Shown piece by piece: positions 1 through 10,475 of a DNA stretch of 58,002 nucleotides. A program made the position numbers and the translations under genes. The stretch is taken from positions 1-58,002 of the forward strand of contig JAJRTW010000098.1 of assembly GCA_024278075.1 (NCBI GenBank). Reading direction: 5' to 3'. Positions within the stretch are counted from its first letter, which is position 1, and the number at the start of each line of letters is the position of its first letter. Below the pieces are notes generated by a model. That model was given only the letters and a program-made list of their open reading frames with translations, was not told the origin of the DNA and did no database searches. The DNA is from Bacteroidota bacterium. GTDB taxonomy: Bacteria > Bacteroidota > Ignavibacteria > Kapaibacteriales > UBA2268.

Positions 1-132
1 GGATCGGTTTTTATTTTTTCGAATAAACATACGATAATATACGATGCAGCACCCATTTTTGCAAATTCGATTCCGTAACTCCTTTAAAATATACATGATT
101 TGGATAGACTAACTTTTTCTGCGGAAAACAGG

Positions 133-160
133 AAAAAAGGGGCAACTAATAAATTGCCCC
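133..160 (-). terminator. Rho-independent terminator downstream of the OmpA-family gene
   Basis: On the minus strand, GGGGCAA-N8-TTGCCCC hairpin followed by T6, about 35 nt after the TAA stop at 195-197. Confidence 0.6.
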
Positions 161-194
161 TTGCCCTAATACTATTCAGTCTAATTTCAGAATA

Positions 195-2876
195 TTAATC
201 CTCGAAAGCGCTAACCGGAGTTTTGATCTTAACCTGCACGGTACGGTTATAGAACCGGCCTTCGGGCAAAGAATTGTCATAGAGCGGCTCGTCCTCGCCA
301 ACCCCTTTGGAGTTCAATATACCATATTTGCTTTTAGTCTTCTTTTTAATCCCGGAAGTAACAGTTTTTGATCTTCTGACAGAGAGTTTCTCGTTATGCT
401 CGTAAAGGCCTACATTATCAGTATGGCCAATCACTTCAATGGCCGATGATGGCAGGCAGCGCTCGTAGACATAGTCGCGCATAATCCTCACATTCACCTT
501 GCCGGCGTCGGAGCGGTCGAAGGGGAACAGTATAAGGTTGTAATTCTCTCGTGTGCTGTCGCCTATAACATCAACTTTTTTATCTTCCTTGAACACCTGC
601 ATAACGGGAATCTCGATTGGGTCGGATTTACATTCGGCGCCGGAATTAGTTGTAATAATCAACTGAGCGGTGAACTGCACTTCGTCTTTCGGATATGCAC
701 TTGCAACGCTTTTCCAGTCCCAAAGATATCTGGGTTCGGTAATGCCAACATCTTCCAATGTTTTCCAAACCACATCGCCGCGTTTTACTTCAATTCTGCG
801 CTTGGCTACCAGAGCATCTTCAATGCCATTCCTCAATACATAGTGCATATTCGGCGGCTCGGGGAAAATTTTCGGGTCTTTGTCAAATACCGGCTGAGTG
901 ACCGACCAATCGTTGCAAAGCAGTTCCACACGGCGGTTTTCCTGGTTGCCGATTGTATCGATTCTAATGCTCGAGGGATGTTTTGGTTTCTTGCGAGCGG
1001 TAAGTTTCAGGCGGCTTTCGTCTATCTGCCAAACTTCTTTGAAATAGTTAAATACGGCGGTTGCCCTGTTCTTGGATAGATTCGGAGTTTTCTTCTCAAG
1101 GTCGGTAACGCCGTCATTACAACCTACGATTTCAAGTTTAGTGCTTGGATTTTTCTTCAGGCGGTATCCGAATATATTAAGAATATGGTAATACTTATCC
1201 ATAGTGCCGCCTTTGATTGAAGTATCGGCAAATACTTGCTTATACTCATCATTCGGAGATTCGAACCTGATATATCTGTCCGGAATGGCCGCCGAGCCAA
1301 TATCGAAGAAAATATAATTCAATAGCGGGTACAAATCCCAGGTCTGAACTTCTTCCATGACCAAACCGCGGAAAGACGCAAGCTCGGGTTTCTTTTCCTT
1401 AACACGTCCGATATAATCGGCCTCGTCCATTTCGCTTGCTAATACGGGGCGCTGGCCAAGAGTGAGCGTAACATTATATTCATTGTCGATGGACCCTTCT
1501 TCGTCGGGATTGTCTGTAATTTCGGGCTTAACAATATGGACGGTGGTTGTTTTGCTGCCATATTTTTCGTTTTCGGCAGTCACCTCGAGGTCAATAGTTT
1601 TAATTGAGTCGCGCGGATTGCCGTAATCGGTATTAGATACAATCATTTCGAATTTCGTTTTCGTCATTGTCAGGCTGTCTTTATATACCCTGCCAGTGAT
1701 TGGATTCTTTATAATAACCGATGCGGGAATGAACTCCCCGGAACATTCGTCAATAACAGTTCCAACTAAGTTTACAGCCTTAAAAAATGTAGGCACGAAT
1801 GCCATGAAAATATCAAGGTTGCCCTGATATCCATTCAAATCTTCGCGCTTTGACGAGAAATAGATAATATCGCCGGAGGCAGGCAGCGAAATAAACTGCT
1901 CATCTTCCCCAGTGTTAATTGGCTCGCCCAGATTCTGCGGCGTGCTCCAGGAATCGGAGTTGGGATCGTAGCGGGTAACATAGAAGTCGAGCCCGCCAAC
2001 ATTTGGCTGGTGCCCGTTGGATGCAAAAAACAGAGTAACATTATCAGCAGCAATAAAAGGGGATACGTCAGTGCCCGGAGTGTTTAATGCTGTCAGGTTC
2101 TTGGCCGGCAGCCACTCCTCCAGGTCATCATCGTAATCGGAATACCATATATCCATGTTCTCAGCCGATCCTTCGCCGTCGGAGTTAGGCCCCTCGCGTG
2201 TGGATACGAAATAAATCCGGCTTTGGTCAGGTGAAATTGTCGGCTGCGAGTCCCAATATTTTGAATTTACATTCCTTCCCAGATTCACAGGCCTGCCCCA
2301 TTTATCACCTTCGATAGTTGTTCTGTAAATATCACAGCTTCCCAAACCGTCGGGCCGGCTGCAACCGGTAAAATAAAGAGTCTGCCTGTCGGCTGCTATC
2401 GAAGAAGCACCTTCGTTCAATATGGTATTAACACCAAAAGTTCCATTTTCATTGGACGGGTCTAAATTATAGGGCTTAAAGAATACTGTATCCAATCTAT
2501 CATTCTTTTTGGCAACCCAGAAATCATGGGAGAATTCGTCATCATCATTTATCACACTTCCCTCGCGGTCGGACACATAGAACAAAGTACGGCCATCTGC
2601 CGATATGGTGGGAGCGTAATCCACACCTTCATAATTGATAATCGGGCCGAGGTTAATAATTCTGATACGCTTTTTATTGCCAAGAATTCCGTCATTAGAA
2701 TCCTCCTCGTCCTGCCAGCTTGGAGCTTCCAATACAATTTCGGCAGAGTAAAGGTTGATTGTTGTATAGTTTACTGCAATATCACCATTGTCTTTTCCGC
2801 CTTCGGAGATTGATGATGAAATTGCCAAACCAAAAAGTATTAGAAAGGCCAGATATTGGGTAATAATACGTTGCAT
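195..2876 (-). CDS. Secreted TolB-like beta-propeller protein with two C-terminal OmpA-like peptidoglycan-binding domains
   Basis: 893-aa ORF. Signal peptide MQRIITQYLAFLILFGLAISSS. Repeated YAPTISADGRTLFYVS / SQPTISPDQSRIYFVS / SPFIAADNVTLFFAS TolB/WD40-like blades. Two OmpA-type segments (IVGCNDGV...NRATAVFNYF...NRRVELL and VIGHTDNVG...LSVRRSKTV...NRTVQVKI). Confidence 0.85.
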   Translation of the reverse strand: MQRIITQYLAFLILFGLAISSSISEGGKDNGDIAVNYTTINLYSAEIVLEAPSWQDEEDSNDGILGNKKRIRIINLGPIINYEGVDYAPTISADGRTLFYVSDREGSVINDDDEFSHDFWVAKKNDRLDTVFFKPYNLDPSNENGTFGVNTILNEGASSIAADRQTLYFTGCSRPDGLGSCDIYRTTIEGDKWGRPVNLGRNVNSKYWDSQPTISPDQSRIYFVSTREGPNSDGEGSAENMDIWYSDYDDDLEEWLPAKNLTALNTPGTDVSPFIAADNVTLFFASNGHQPNVGGLDFYVTRYDPNSDSWSTPQNLGEPINTGEDEQFISLPASGDIIYFSSKREDLNGYQGNLDIFMAFVPTFFKAVNLVGTVIDECSGEFIPASVIIKNPITGRVYKDSLTMTKTKFEMIVSNTDYGNPRDSIKTIDLEVTAENEKYGSKTTTVHIVKPEITDNPDEEGSIDNEYNVTLTLGQRPVLASEMDEADYIGRVKEKKPELASFRGLVMEEVQTWDLYPLLNYIFFDIGSAAIPDRYIRFESPNDEYKQVFADTSIKGGTMDKYYHILNIFGYRLKKNPSTKLEIVGCNDGVTDLEKKTPNLSKNRATAVFNYFKEVWQIDESRLKLTARKKPKHPSSIRIDTIGNQENRRVELLCNDWSVTQPVFDKDPKIFPEPPNMHYVLRNGIEDALVAKRRIEVKRGDVVWKTLEDVGITEPRYLWDWKSVASAYPKDEVQFTAQLIITTNSGAECKSDPIEIPVMQVFKEDKKVDVIGDSTRENYNLILFPFDRSDAGKVNVRIMRDYVYERCLPSSAIEVIGHTDNVGLYEHNEKLSVRRSKTVTSGIKKKTKSKYGILNSKGVGEDEPLYDNSLPEGRFYNRTVQVKIKTPVSAFED

Positions 2877-3465
2877 AAGTTCATATCCTGCAATAATTAC
2901 TAATATTTAATTGTTCTCTTTCATTTTTCTACATTTATTTATTGTCTTCATAATATAACTAATCCCTCTAATTGCATGTGACAAGGCAGGAATCGTTACA
3001 GCAAAATAATCAAAAAAATTCAACCGGGATTAAATAATACGGATTTGCTTTTTTGAAAAGAAGATCAATAGCGTCTGCATAAAAATCGATTTCATTCTGC
3101 TCGTAAATATCCCTTTATAATAGTGCCCATTCCTAAAGGGAAGATTTTTTGCTTTCTCACATAGCCATTTTTCTTAAATATTTCCTGTATGCAATTAGGC
3201 CCGCATTCTGCGCAAGTGTGAAATTATCTTAACACTATTTGACGAATGCAGGAATCGGTAATCAATAAATTAAATTAAATCCTGTTAAAACACAAGATTT
3301 TTTATAAAAATTAAATTCTGAAGCATCAACAAGAGCATATAATGATTTCAATAAATCAACATATTTATTGCTTTTCAGATGTTTGGGCCGAAGGTTTAAA
3401 GGCATCGATTAAATATCTGAAGGATACTCCAATTATTTATTCACCCAATTACATAGTCACAACTA

Positions 3466-5349
3466 CTACTTCTTCTTTCTTTTCGCTGATTTCTTTTTCC
3501 TGTAGTTCGGGTCAATCTCAATATCATTCTTCGACCCCGGGGCGGAACGCCCTTGTGATGCAGCTATATCCTGTGCTTCGCGCATTTTCTTCTGGAACCA
3601 CCCTTCTTTCTTTGGCGATTTCTTTAATGTCTCGAGCGTTGGCCTGTTTTTGGAGAAATTATTGATGTATACTTGCTGGATAATGCTCAATAAATTGAAC
3701 ATGAAATAATATAAATTTAATCCCGACGGAAAATAGGAGAACATCAGCGTGAACATAACCGGCATCATATATATCATCGCCTTCTGGCGCGGGTCGGTTA
3801 TCGTTAGCTTCTGCTGGATGAACATAGTGATTCCCATCGCTAAGGCAAGGCCGGATATGGAGTTAATGCCCATGATGGAGGTGCCGAAATGAATTATCGA
3901 ATCAGGCATCGACAGGTCGTGAATCCAAAGGCCGAAGTCGGTTTGGCGAAGATCGATTGAGGTGCGGAACATTGTGAACAACGCATACAGAACCGGCATC
4001 TGGAGCAACAATGGCAGGCAGCCGCCGGCAGGATTAATGCCATATTGCGAGTAGAGGTTCATCGTCTCGCGCTGCTGCTTCTTCGTGTCGTCTTTATACT
4101 TATCCCTTAGCTTTTGCATCTCCGGAGCGAGCAGCTTCATTTTCTGAGATGATTTCATCTGCGCAATCGTAAAGGGATATAATAACATCTTCATCACAAT
4201 AGAGAAGATGATAATAGTAATGCCGTAATTTGGTATGAATTTATGAACGAATACAAGCAGCGGCAAAATGAAGAATTCGCCTATCCACCCGATAAACGAC
4301 CAGCCGAAATCTATTGTTTTCTCCAGGCCATATTCCCTTAGATAGTCATATTCAAGCGGGCCTATATAGGTGCGGAATTTCTGAGTAGCAGTGCCGCCAT
4401 AGTAAGGATTTCTGAAAGCCAATGAATATTTCTTGACCATTCCCTGTTTCTTTGCCGCTTCCCTAACTCCGCTCATGTCAATGGTGCCGTCGAACACGCC
4501 GTCCGGCGCCGGAATAATTGCCGCTACGAAGTATTTGGTCTTCACGGCTGCATAATCAATCTTTCCCGTCAGGCTCGACTCGACTCTAAAATCTTCATCG
4601 GCATCAATTGATTCTTCCTCGCCGTTCAAAACCGCAAGGGCCTCGGCCGAGGTGGACTCGTCCACACTGTTATATTCCTGATACCGCAGCCCGCCGGACC
4701 AGGTGAAATTATAACCACGGCGTGGAATTATAGTCTCCATATTCTCCAGCTTCACATCGGTGTCAACGATATAATTATCGCCGAAGAACGTAAATGTTTT
4801 CACAATTCTTTTGCCCGGCTCCACCTCCAGCGAAAGGGTTATGCTTGCTTTTCTGCCGCTGCCGATTCTGATATCATCCTCATCGGTATTCTCAATTTGG
4901 AAGTAAAGGTCGCGGGTGTCTATCCGGCGGTTCTCCATGGTGAGCAATGTCATATACAGCTCGCCTTTCTTCTCCCAAATAAGGTCGGCCGGAGCTTTGT
5001 CCCATTTCAAATATTTTTTCAGTTTCCAGGAGGTCAGCGCCCCGCCGCGGCTGCTGATTTTCGCTGTATACAGGTCGGATTCTATGGTTATAATCCTCTC
5101 CTGCCCTTTGATATGATTAGAGAATATATTGCCGTATTTGAAAAAAGTATTCAGCGAATCATTTGTAAATTCCTTTGCCGGGTCGATTGCGGCTTGGCTC
5201 TGCTCATTGGAATCTAAAACATCTTCGTATTGCCGGGCGGTATCGCTTTTAGTTCTTTGGCCCGGCCTTTCGTTAACGGAATTATACATCATCCAGACAA
5301 TTACAACTGCCGAAATAAGCAGCAAAGCGAGTGTATTTTTTTTATCCAT
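3466..5349 (-). CDS. yidC: Membrane protein insertase YidC (long form with large periplasmic domain)
   Basis: 627-aa ORF. N-terminal TM, large periplasmic domain, then conserved YidC/Oxa1 core (YGITIIIFSIVMKMLLYPFT...KMKLLAPEMQKLRDKYKDD...GINPAGGCLPLLLQMPVLYALF) and a K-rich C-tail. Lies in the rpmH-rnpA-yidD-yidC context. Confidence 0.95.
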   Translation of the reverse strand: MDKKNTLALLLISAVVIVWMMYNSVNERPGQRTKSDTARQYEDVLDSNEQSQAAIDPAKEFTNDSLNTFFKYGNIFSNHIKGQERIITIESDLYTAKISSRGGALTSWKLKKYLKWDKAPADLIWEKKGELYMTLLTMENRRIDTRDLYFQIENTDEDDIRIGSGRKASITLSLEVEPGKRIVKTFTFFGDNYIVDTDVKLENMETIIPRRGYNFTWSGGLRYQEYNSVDESTSAEALAVLNGEEESIDADEDFRVESSLTGKIDYAAVKTKYFVAAIIPAPDGVFDGTIDMSGVREAAKKQGMVKKYSLAFRNPYYGGTATQKFRTYIGPLEYDYLREYGLEKTIDFGWSFIGWIGEFFILPLLVFVHKFIPNYGITIIIFSIVMKMLLYPFTIAQMKSSQKMKLLAPEMQKLRDKYKDDTKKQQRETMNLYSQYGINPAGGCLPLLLQMPVLYALFTMFRTSIDLRQTDFGLWIHDLSMPDSIIHFGTSIMGINSISGLALAMGITMFIQQKLTITDPRQKAMIYMMPVMFTLMFSYFPSGLNLYYFMFNLLSIIQQVYINNFSKNRPTLETLKKSPKKEGWFQKKMREAQDIAASQGRSAPGSKNDIEIDPNYRKKKSAKRKKK

Positions 5350-5434
5350 GTCTTAATAAAGGCGAATCTTTGAATAATTAATTAAAATAGAAAACGTATA
5401 TTTAAAATAGAAAACGAAATAAAACGATAACGAA

Positions 5435-5707
5435 TTAATGATCGCAAACCCCTGCATCCGGCTGAAGGTTTTCGTGCTTGTGGAAAAAACGGAAATTATC
5501 GGGAACCTCATCGATTCCGCCCGGATGAAGCGGGTTGCATTTAACAATGCGCTTTGCCGAGAGCCACAGCCCTTTAGCAACGCCGAATTTTTTGATTGAT
5601 TAATAGGAATATTGCGAGCAAGTCGGGTAGAATCGGCATGATGGCTTAAGAAACGAGGATATAAGTTTCTTATATAATTTAATTAATATAAGCAGTATGG
5701 TTCTCAA
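5435..5707 (-). pseudogene. yidD: Membrane protein insertion efficiency factor YidD, interrupted by one in-frame TAA (5600-5602)
   Basis: Manual minus-strand translation gives (TTG)[70 protein letters not shown]...CDH*. YidD signature CRFxPTCSxY...G...G...RI.KCNPxxxGG is present on both sides of the stop. Canonical position between rnpA and yidC. Not in the ORF track because it is split below 60 aa. Confidence 0.75.
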
Positions 5708-6144
5708 TTCTGACTTCCTTTTATTCTGATTTGGTAATGTGAATGTGCCATTTTGAATAACCTTTCTACTTCAGGCAAAACATCGGCAAGGCGGATCTGT
5801 TTCGGGTGGCCGGGTGCGTTTTTCCAAATAAATATACATTTTTCAAAAGGATACCCTTCGTCGGGAGATCCATATTCCGGGGCGCAAATTCTTATGCTTT
5901 CCCTTAGCAATCGCTTTATTCTGTTCCTTACCACTGCTTTTTTTGCCCGCTTTTTGCCGATGCTCACTCCGTAGTGAACTATTGCCCCTGTAACGGCCTT
6001 ATCCTGGCCGGTGGCATAAAAAGTGCCGGGTGCATAAAAAGTAAATGAAGCGTGGCAATTTTTTTCCCAAAACCTGATGCCGGATTTATAGGCATTTGTA
6101 AAAGAATCGTAACCTTTAACCGGTATTATCTTCAATTGACTCAT
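5704..6144 (-). CDS. rnpA: Ribonuclease P protein component
   Basis: 146-aa basic ORF directly downstream of rpmH. Contains the RNase P protein motif [22 protein letters not shown]. Synteny with rpmH/yidD/yidC. Confidence 0.85.
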   Translation of the reverse strand: MSQLKIIPVKGYDSFTNAYKSGIRFWEKNCHASFTFYAPGTFYATGQDKAVTGAIVHYGVSIGKKRAKKAVVRNRIKRLLRESIRICAPEYGSPDEGYPFEKCIFIWKNAPGHPKQIRLADVLPEVERLFKMAHSHYQIRIKGSQN

Positions 6145-6326
6145 TTCATTTCCGGAGCTTATGGTGCCTTTGTTGCTGCGGTTCGATAGAATTAAATGCC
6201 TAAAAAAAGAAAGGATAGGCCAAAAGCCTACCCAAAACCATATCTGTTATATATAAGCTATATACAAGCAGTTTAATACAATTAAAATATAGGCAAAATA
6301 TAGGCAAACCATACATACAAGCAGTC

Positions 6327-6470
6327 CTATTCGGAGCTGACCGACAGCTTAGCGCGGCCTTTGGCGCGGCGGCTGTTAATTACCTTACGGCCGTTTTTGG
6401 TTGCCATTCTTGCCCTGAAACCGTGTTTATTCCTTCTTTTTCGCCTGCTGGGCTGATAAGTTCTTTTCAT
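6327..6470 (-). CDS. rpmH: 50S ribosomal protein L34
   Basis: Manual translation [47 protein letters not shown] (47 aa), the canonical L34 sequence. Too short for the ORF track. Confidence 0.95.
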   Translation of the reverse strand: MKRTYQPSRRKRRNKHGFRARMATKNGRKVINSRRAKGRAKLSVSSE

Positions 6471-6716
6471 AATAAATCCTAAGAAAAATCACTTCGTATA
6501 TATTATATTATTAACTATTTCATTTTTGGGAACTACAAATTTAATAATATATTCCGTTTTTTCTAAATATATTTATCTGGCAATCCCTAATTTAATACCT
6601 CATTCCCCCATTCCGGTTTGGCAATACCACTTATCTTGCATAAACGAAACTTATTAATATACCCTCTACAAAATTGGAATTGATAAGGGAGGGTGAAAAA
6701 GATTATTCTCCAATCC

Positions 6717-9641
6717 CTACTTCGATATAATTAATTTCCTGATGGCCGTGCGGCCGCTGTCCCAACCAACGATCACCATATATACTCCCGTGGGCAGATT
6801 AGCATTTCCAAGCCCGATAGTGATTTCATTGCCCAATGCCGATTCATTGCCCAATGCCGCCCCGTTCATTTCCAACACATTCTCCCCTAATATCGAACTG
6901 ATTCTAATACTTCTGACAAACCAATCCGATTCACTATGCAGCTGAATTGTAATGAATTCGGAAGCCGGATTCGGGAATATGTACATATTGCCGCTTATAT
7001 CCGATTCAACAGAGGTTTGCCCTTCGCTAATCTTAATATCATCAATATACCACCCGTCATCAGACCTGAACGCATTGGAAGCAAACCGGAACCTGACCAT
7101 TACCGTATCCCCGGGATTGGTGCTAATCTGTATTTGCTCCCTTTTCCAATCCTCATTATCCAGCTGCCCGTTGGCCCAGGGCTGATAGGAATCCTTGTCG
7201 TAGAAAGCGGTTTTCTCCCATGTTAAGCCGTAGTCGCCGGATATTTCCACAATGGCGGAATCTTTCCCGGCTACGATTGCGGCATGCCAAAAGGAAAGGC
7301 TTAGCCTGCCGGTTGGGCTCGCAACGGGAAATATTTGCATTATATCCTTTTGCCGGTTCTTATAATTCCCGTCCGGTGATTCAGTGAGCGAATTCGGCGG
7401 GCTGTGGAAGAACTCGCCGGTGGCCTGAAAATATCCGGCAAATAAATAATTCGGCAAAGGCAGAATATCGAATTCCTCATCGAATGCGGATTCAATCACG
7501 CCCGTATATTCGATGGAATCATTGCTAATTTCGCTCTCCTGCGGCGGAATCTCAGTGCCTTCAAATTCGTCCGTTACTGTTGCATGCACTTTATAATATC
7601 CGCGCTCCGGCAATTGAATTACAAAACTCTTCACCTTGCCGGTGTCCGATTGAGATACTTCAAAAGATTCGAAGAATACATCATCCACAAAAATACTTAC
7701 CGACTTCAAACTAACGAGCGGTGTGACGTTATCGGCACGCAGGTTTGGCAGTTGCATACGGACATCCATCGTATTGACGGCATTGCCGCTCAGGCCTAAA
7801 ATCTCCGGCGGGGCGGGACGGCGGGCCCCTCCGGGATAAGCCGTAACTGTACGGGCTATGCTCGTATCATTATTGCCGGCAGCATAGATTTCATAAACAT
7901 ATTTCTCGAAAGCGGCAAGGCCATCGTCGGTATATTCGGAAATATCGCCGGACAAAACGTCAATCCGCTGGCCGTTTCTGAATAACAGCAGGGAAATATC
8001 ACCGGTATTTAATTGCCGGCCGAAAGTGCTTTCCAGCACCACATCCCAGCCAAGGCGGACTCGCTGCGGGAATTCGGGGAAAACCACGGACGTAAAATTC
8101 TCAACCGGCGAAGGCGCTTTGGTGTCGACGATTGCGGTATATACATCGCTGTCCGAAATATTATCAACGGCATAGCGCATATCAACCCAGGACGGATAAA
8201 TGATGCCATCGTAAAAGGCCATCCCGCTGTAATCCCCGGCAAAGCTGTTGCCCCGGAAAGGGTTCAGCCTTAAATCGCTTGCGAAATCGGCCGCCTGCCT
8301 GTCTGTCCATGTTTCGCCGCCGTCGCTCGAATAGCTTACCCAGCATTCGACCAGCAGGTTCTCCGCATCATTCCGGCTGTCGAAGTACATTATCCCCAAA
8401 TCGCCATTGGTTTGGTCTGTTGCCATCCACGGCCAGAACTGGTCATTGGTTGGGTCGGCACTCACTATAATCGGTTCCGACCAACTATCGCCGCCGTCGG
8501 CCGAGCGCGAGAAGAAAATATCAGGCGGATTGCCGGCGGCCCAGCATACATAGACATAGCCGTTACGCTGCCCGCCGCTAATATCGCAGGAAATGACGGG
8601 ATATGCTTCGGCCCGCACCTTGCCCTTGACCGTATGCTTGAAATTCGGCGGCTCGCCATCGCCGGATATATCTCTGGTTTCGCCGAAAATTTCATAGTTG
8701 TGAATTATTCGCGGGACGGAAAACGTGGCTCCGCCATCGGTGGATTTGGCATATCCCACGCCGTGTTCGATGCCGTGGTTCCATACGGCGTAGACATCTC
8801 CTTCCGGGCCGGTGGCCACAATCGGGAAGCTCTGGCCGAAGGTGGTGTCCTCGGTGCTGCCGGGCAATCTATTGCTAACGGCAACGGGGCTGCTCCAGGT
8901 GCTGCCTTTGTCGGTGGATTTGGACAGCATTATCTGTGTGGCGGAATCGCGCGGAGTCATCCTTTTCCAAGGAATATACAGGTGGTTTTTATAGGGCGAG
9001 AATTGGGAATTATCGACGCTGATGTAATATTTATCTTCGAAGCTGGAGTCCGGTGTCATCTCAGCCGTATGCTCAATTACGACGATATGCGGCTCCCACG
9101 TGGCCCCCTGGTCGGACGTCCGGGCCAAATAAATTCCATTACCCCGAACGAAATCGCTGCCAACCGGAAAAGCGCCATAGACGAGATAGCCGGTGCCGTC
9201 GGAATCGAACACTACCGACGGGTCGTTGCTGGACCGCCAGTTGGGGTGCGGCCTGCCAAGCCCGAGGTTCACCCACGACCTTCCGCCATCACTGGATACG
9301 TAAACATGCGCTTCTGAATTGCCGCGATAATCCACCGCCGAGGATATTAGATTCAGCGGGTTCACAGGATTAACCGCTATCGAGGATTCGTTCTGAATGG
9401 GCGATGAGCCTTCATCCTCCTCGATGGTATTTACATTTAGAAATTTGGGCAGCCGTGGCCCGGGTGCCATTGGGATGAAAAATCCTTTCTTCTGCTGATG
9501 CACAGGCGTCGGGTGGGCGGATTCCATCCATCTTTTATGCGCATCGCTTGCCTGCTTCTTTTCTGACAGCTTGGTTTCATCGCCAGAATAGAGGTTAGCA
9601 AACACGAAAGGAATCAGAAGGGCTAATTTCAAGTATTTCAT
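6717..9641 (-). CDS. Secreted BNR/sialidase-like beta-propeller protein with C-terminal T9SS sorting domain
   Basis: 974-aa ORF. Signal peptide. Six BNR (Asp-box) motifs (SSDGGRSW, TSDQGATW, STDKGSTW, STDGGATF, SADGGDSW, SSDGGETW). C-terminal YIFPNPASEFITIQL...GVYMVIV T9SS type-A CTD. Confidence 0.8.
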   Translation of the reverse strand: MKYLKLALLIPFVFANLYSGDETKLSEKKQASDAHKRWMESAHPTPVHQQKKGFFIPMAPGPRLPKFLNVNTIEEDEGSSPIQNESSIAVNPVNPLNLISSAVDYRGNSEAHVYVSSDGGRSWVNLGLGRPHPNWRSSNDPSVVFDSDGTGYLVYGAFPVGSDFVRGNGIYLARTSDQGATWEPHIVVIEHTAEMTPDSSFEDKYYISVDNSQFSPYKNHLYIPWKRMTPRDSATQIMLSKSTDKGSTWSSPVAVSNRLPGSTEDTTFGQSFPIVATGPEGDVYAVWNHGIEHGVGYAKSTDGGATFSVPRIIHNYEIFGETRDISGDGEPPNFKHTVKGKVRAEAYPVISCDISGGQRNGYVYVCWAAGNPPDIFFSRSADGGDSWSEPIIVSADPTNDQFWPWMATDQTNGDLGIMYFDSRNDAENLLVECWVSYSSDGGETWTDRQAADFASDLRLNPFRGNSFAGDYSGMAFYDGIIYPSWVDMRYAVDNISDSDVYTAIVDTKAPSPVENFTSVVFPEFPQRVRLGWDVVLESTFGRQLNTGDISLLLFRNGQRIDVLSGDISEYTDDGLAAFEKYVYEIYAAGNNDTSIARTVTAYPGGARRPAPPEILGLSGNAVNTMDVRMQLPNLRADNVTPLVSLKSVSIFVDDVFFESFEVSQSDTGKVKSFVIQLPERGYYKVHATVTDEFEGTEIPPQESEISNDSIEYTGVIESAFDEEFDILPLPNYLFAGYFQATGEFFHSPPNSLTESPDGNYKNRQKDIMQIFPVASPTGRLSLSFWHAAIVAGKDSAIVEISGDYGLTWEKTAFYDKDSYQPWANGQLDNEDWKREQIQISTNPGDTVMVRFRFASNAFRSDDGWYIDDIKISEGQTSVESDISGNMYIFPNPASEFITIQLHSESDWFVRSIRISSILGENVLEMNGAALGNESALGNEITIGLGNANLPTGVYMVIVGWDSGRTAIRKLIISK

Positions 9642-9917
9642 TATGTTACTCTAATATCACAGAAAATGTTTTTAATTTCTATTGGTATTTTATTTTATGA
9701 TTTATTTTACGATTGGAAATATAGTTTATTTAAATTTATAAACAAAATAAAAATCAGGTAATGGCGGTGAATTTGACTGTCAATCATAACAACTTTATAT
9801 CTATAGAGATAGCATGATTTCCCATAATAATTAATATTAAGGTTTTTATATTATAGAATTAATTATTATCTTGATTAAGAATATTTTGGCACAAATTTTT
9901 CTTGAAGCGTTTCCTTC

Positions 9918-10475
9918 ATGTATTCGATAGACAATATTCTAATAGACGAAGCTATAGTAAGTTCTAATTTTACTTGCGATTTAGACAAATGCGGGGGTGC
10001 CTGCTGCACATTCCCGGGCGAATTCGGAGCCCCATTGCTCGACAGCGAAATTGAAATAATCGGCCGGAACCTCGATACGGTTTGGGAATATCTTGATGAT
10101 CGCTCCTTAGAAATCATAAATAGTAGCGGTTTTTACGAAGGTGAAAAAGGGTCACGCACAACTATGTGTATCGAAAAGAAGGACTGCGTGTTCGTTTATT
10201 TTCGGGGCAAGGTAGCAAAATGTGCCCTCGAGAAAGCATATTTCGATGGCAAATCCGAATTCAGAAAGCCATTGTCTTGCCATCTATTCCCGATAAGAGT
10301 TGCAAAATTTGGCAATGATTACCTTTATTATGAGAAAATCAGCGAATGTGCATCGGGAGTTAACACGGGCGATAAGAATCAGGTAAAGCTCTATACATTT
10401 CTGAAGGATGCAATAGTGCGTGCCGAAGGGGCGAATTGGTATATTAAGCTCGCTGAATTTGCCGGGAAAAAGTAA
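9918..10475 (+). CDS. DUF3109-family Cys-rich protein
   Basis: 185-aa ORF with CDLDKCGGACCTFPGEFGAPLLDSE and downstream Cys motifs, as remembered for DUF3109 proteins of Bacteroidota-type genomes. Confidence 0.65.
   Translation: MYSIDNILIDEAIVSSNFTCDLDKCGGACCTFPGEFGAPLLDSEIEIIGRNLDTVWEYLDDRSLEIINSSGFYEGEKGSRTTMCIEKKDCVFVYFRGKVAKCALEKAYFDGKSEFRKPLSCHLFPIRVAKFGNDYLYYEKISECASGVNTGDKNQVKLYTFLKDAIVRAEGANWYIKLAEFAGKK

Noticed and set aside
3092-3223. Cys-containing open frame on the minus strand (FHTCAECGPNCIQEIFKKNGYVRKQKIFPLGMGTIIKGYLRAE*) in the 590-bp gap between the OmpA-family gene and yidC
   Set aside because: It has no start codon near its beginning, is bounded upstream by TAA, and matches no family I recognise. 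It may be a gene remnant but cannot be supported as a feature.
5353-5580. 75-aa minus-strand ORF from the track
   Set aside because: It is out of frame with and overlaps the recognisable yidD reading frame, and its sequence is low-complexity with no family features. It is a by-product of the interrupted yidD region.
8412-9317. 301-aa plus-strand ORF
   Set aside because: It is embedded antisense in the well-supported BNR-repeat gene (6717-9641). It is Gly/Ala/Arg-rich with no motifs, a typical antisense shadow ORF. The same reasoning applies to the other antisense ORFs inside 6717-9641.
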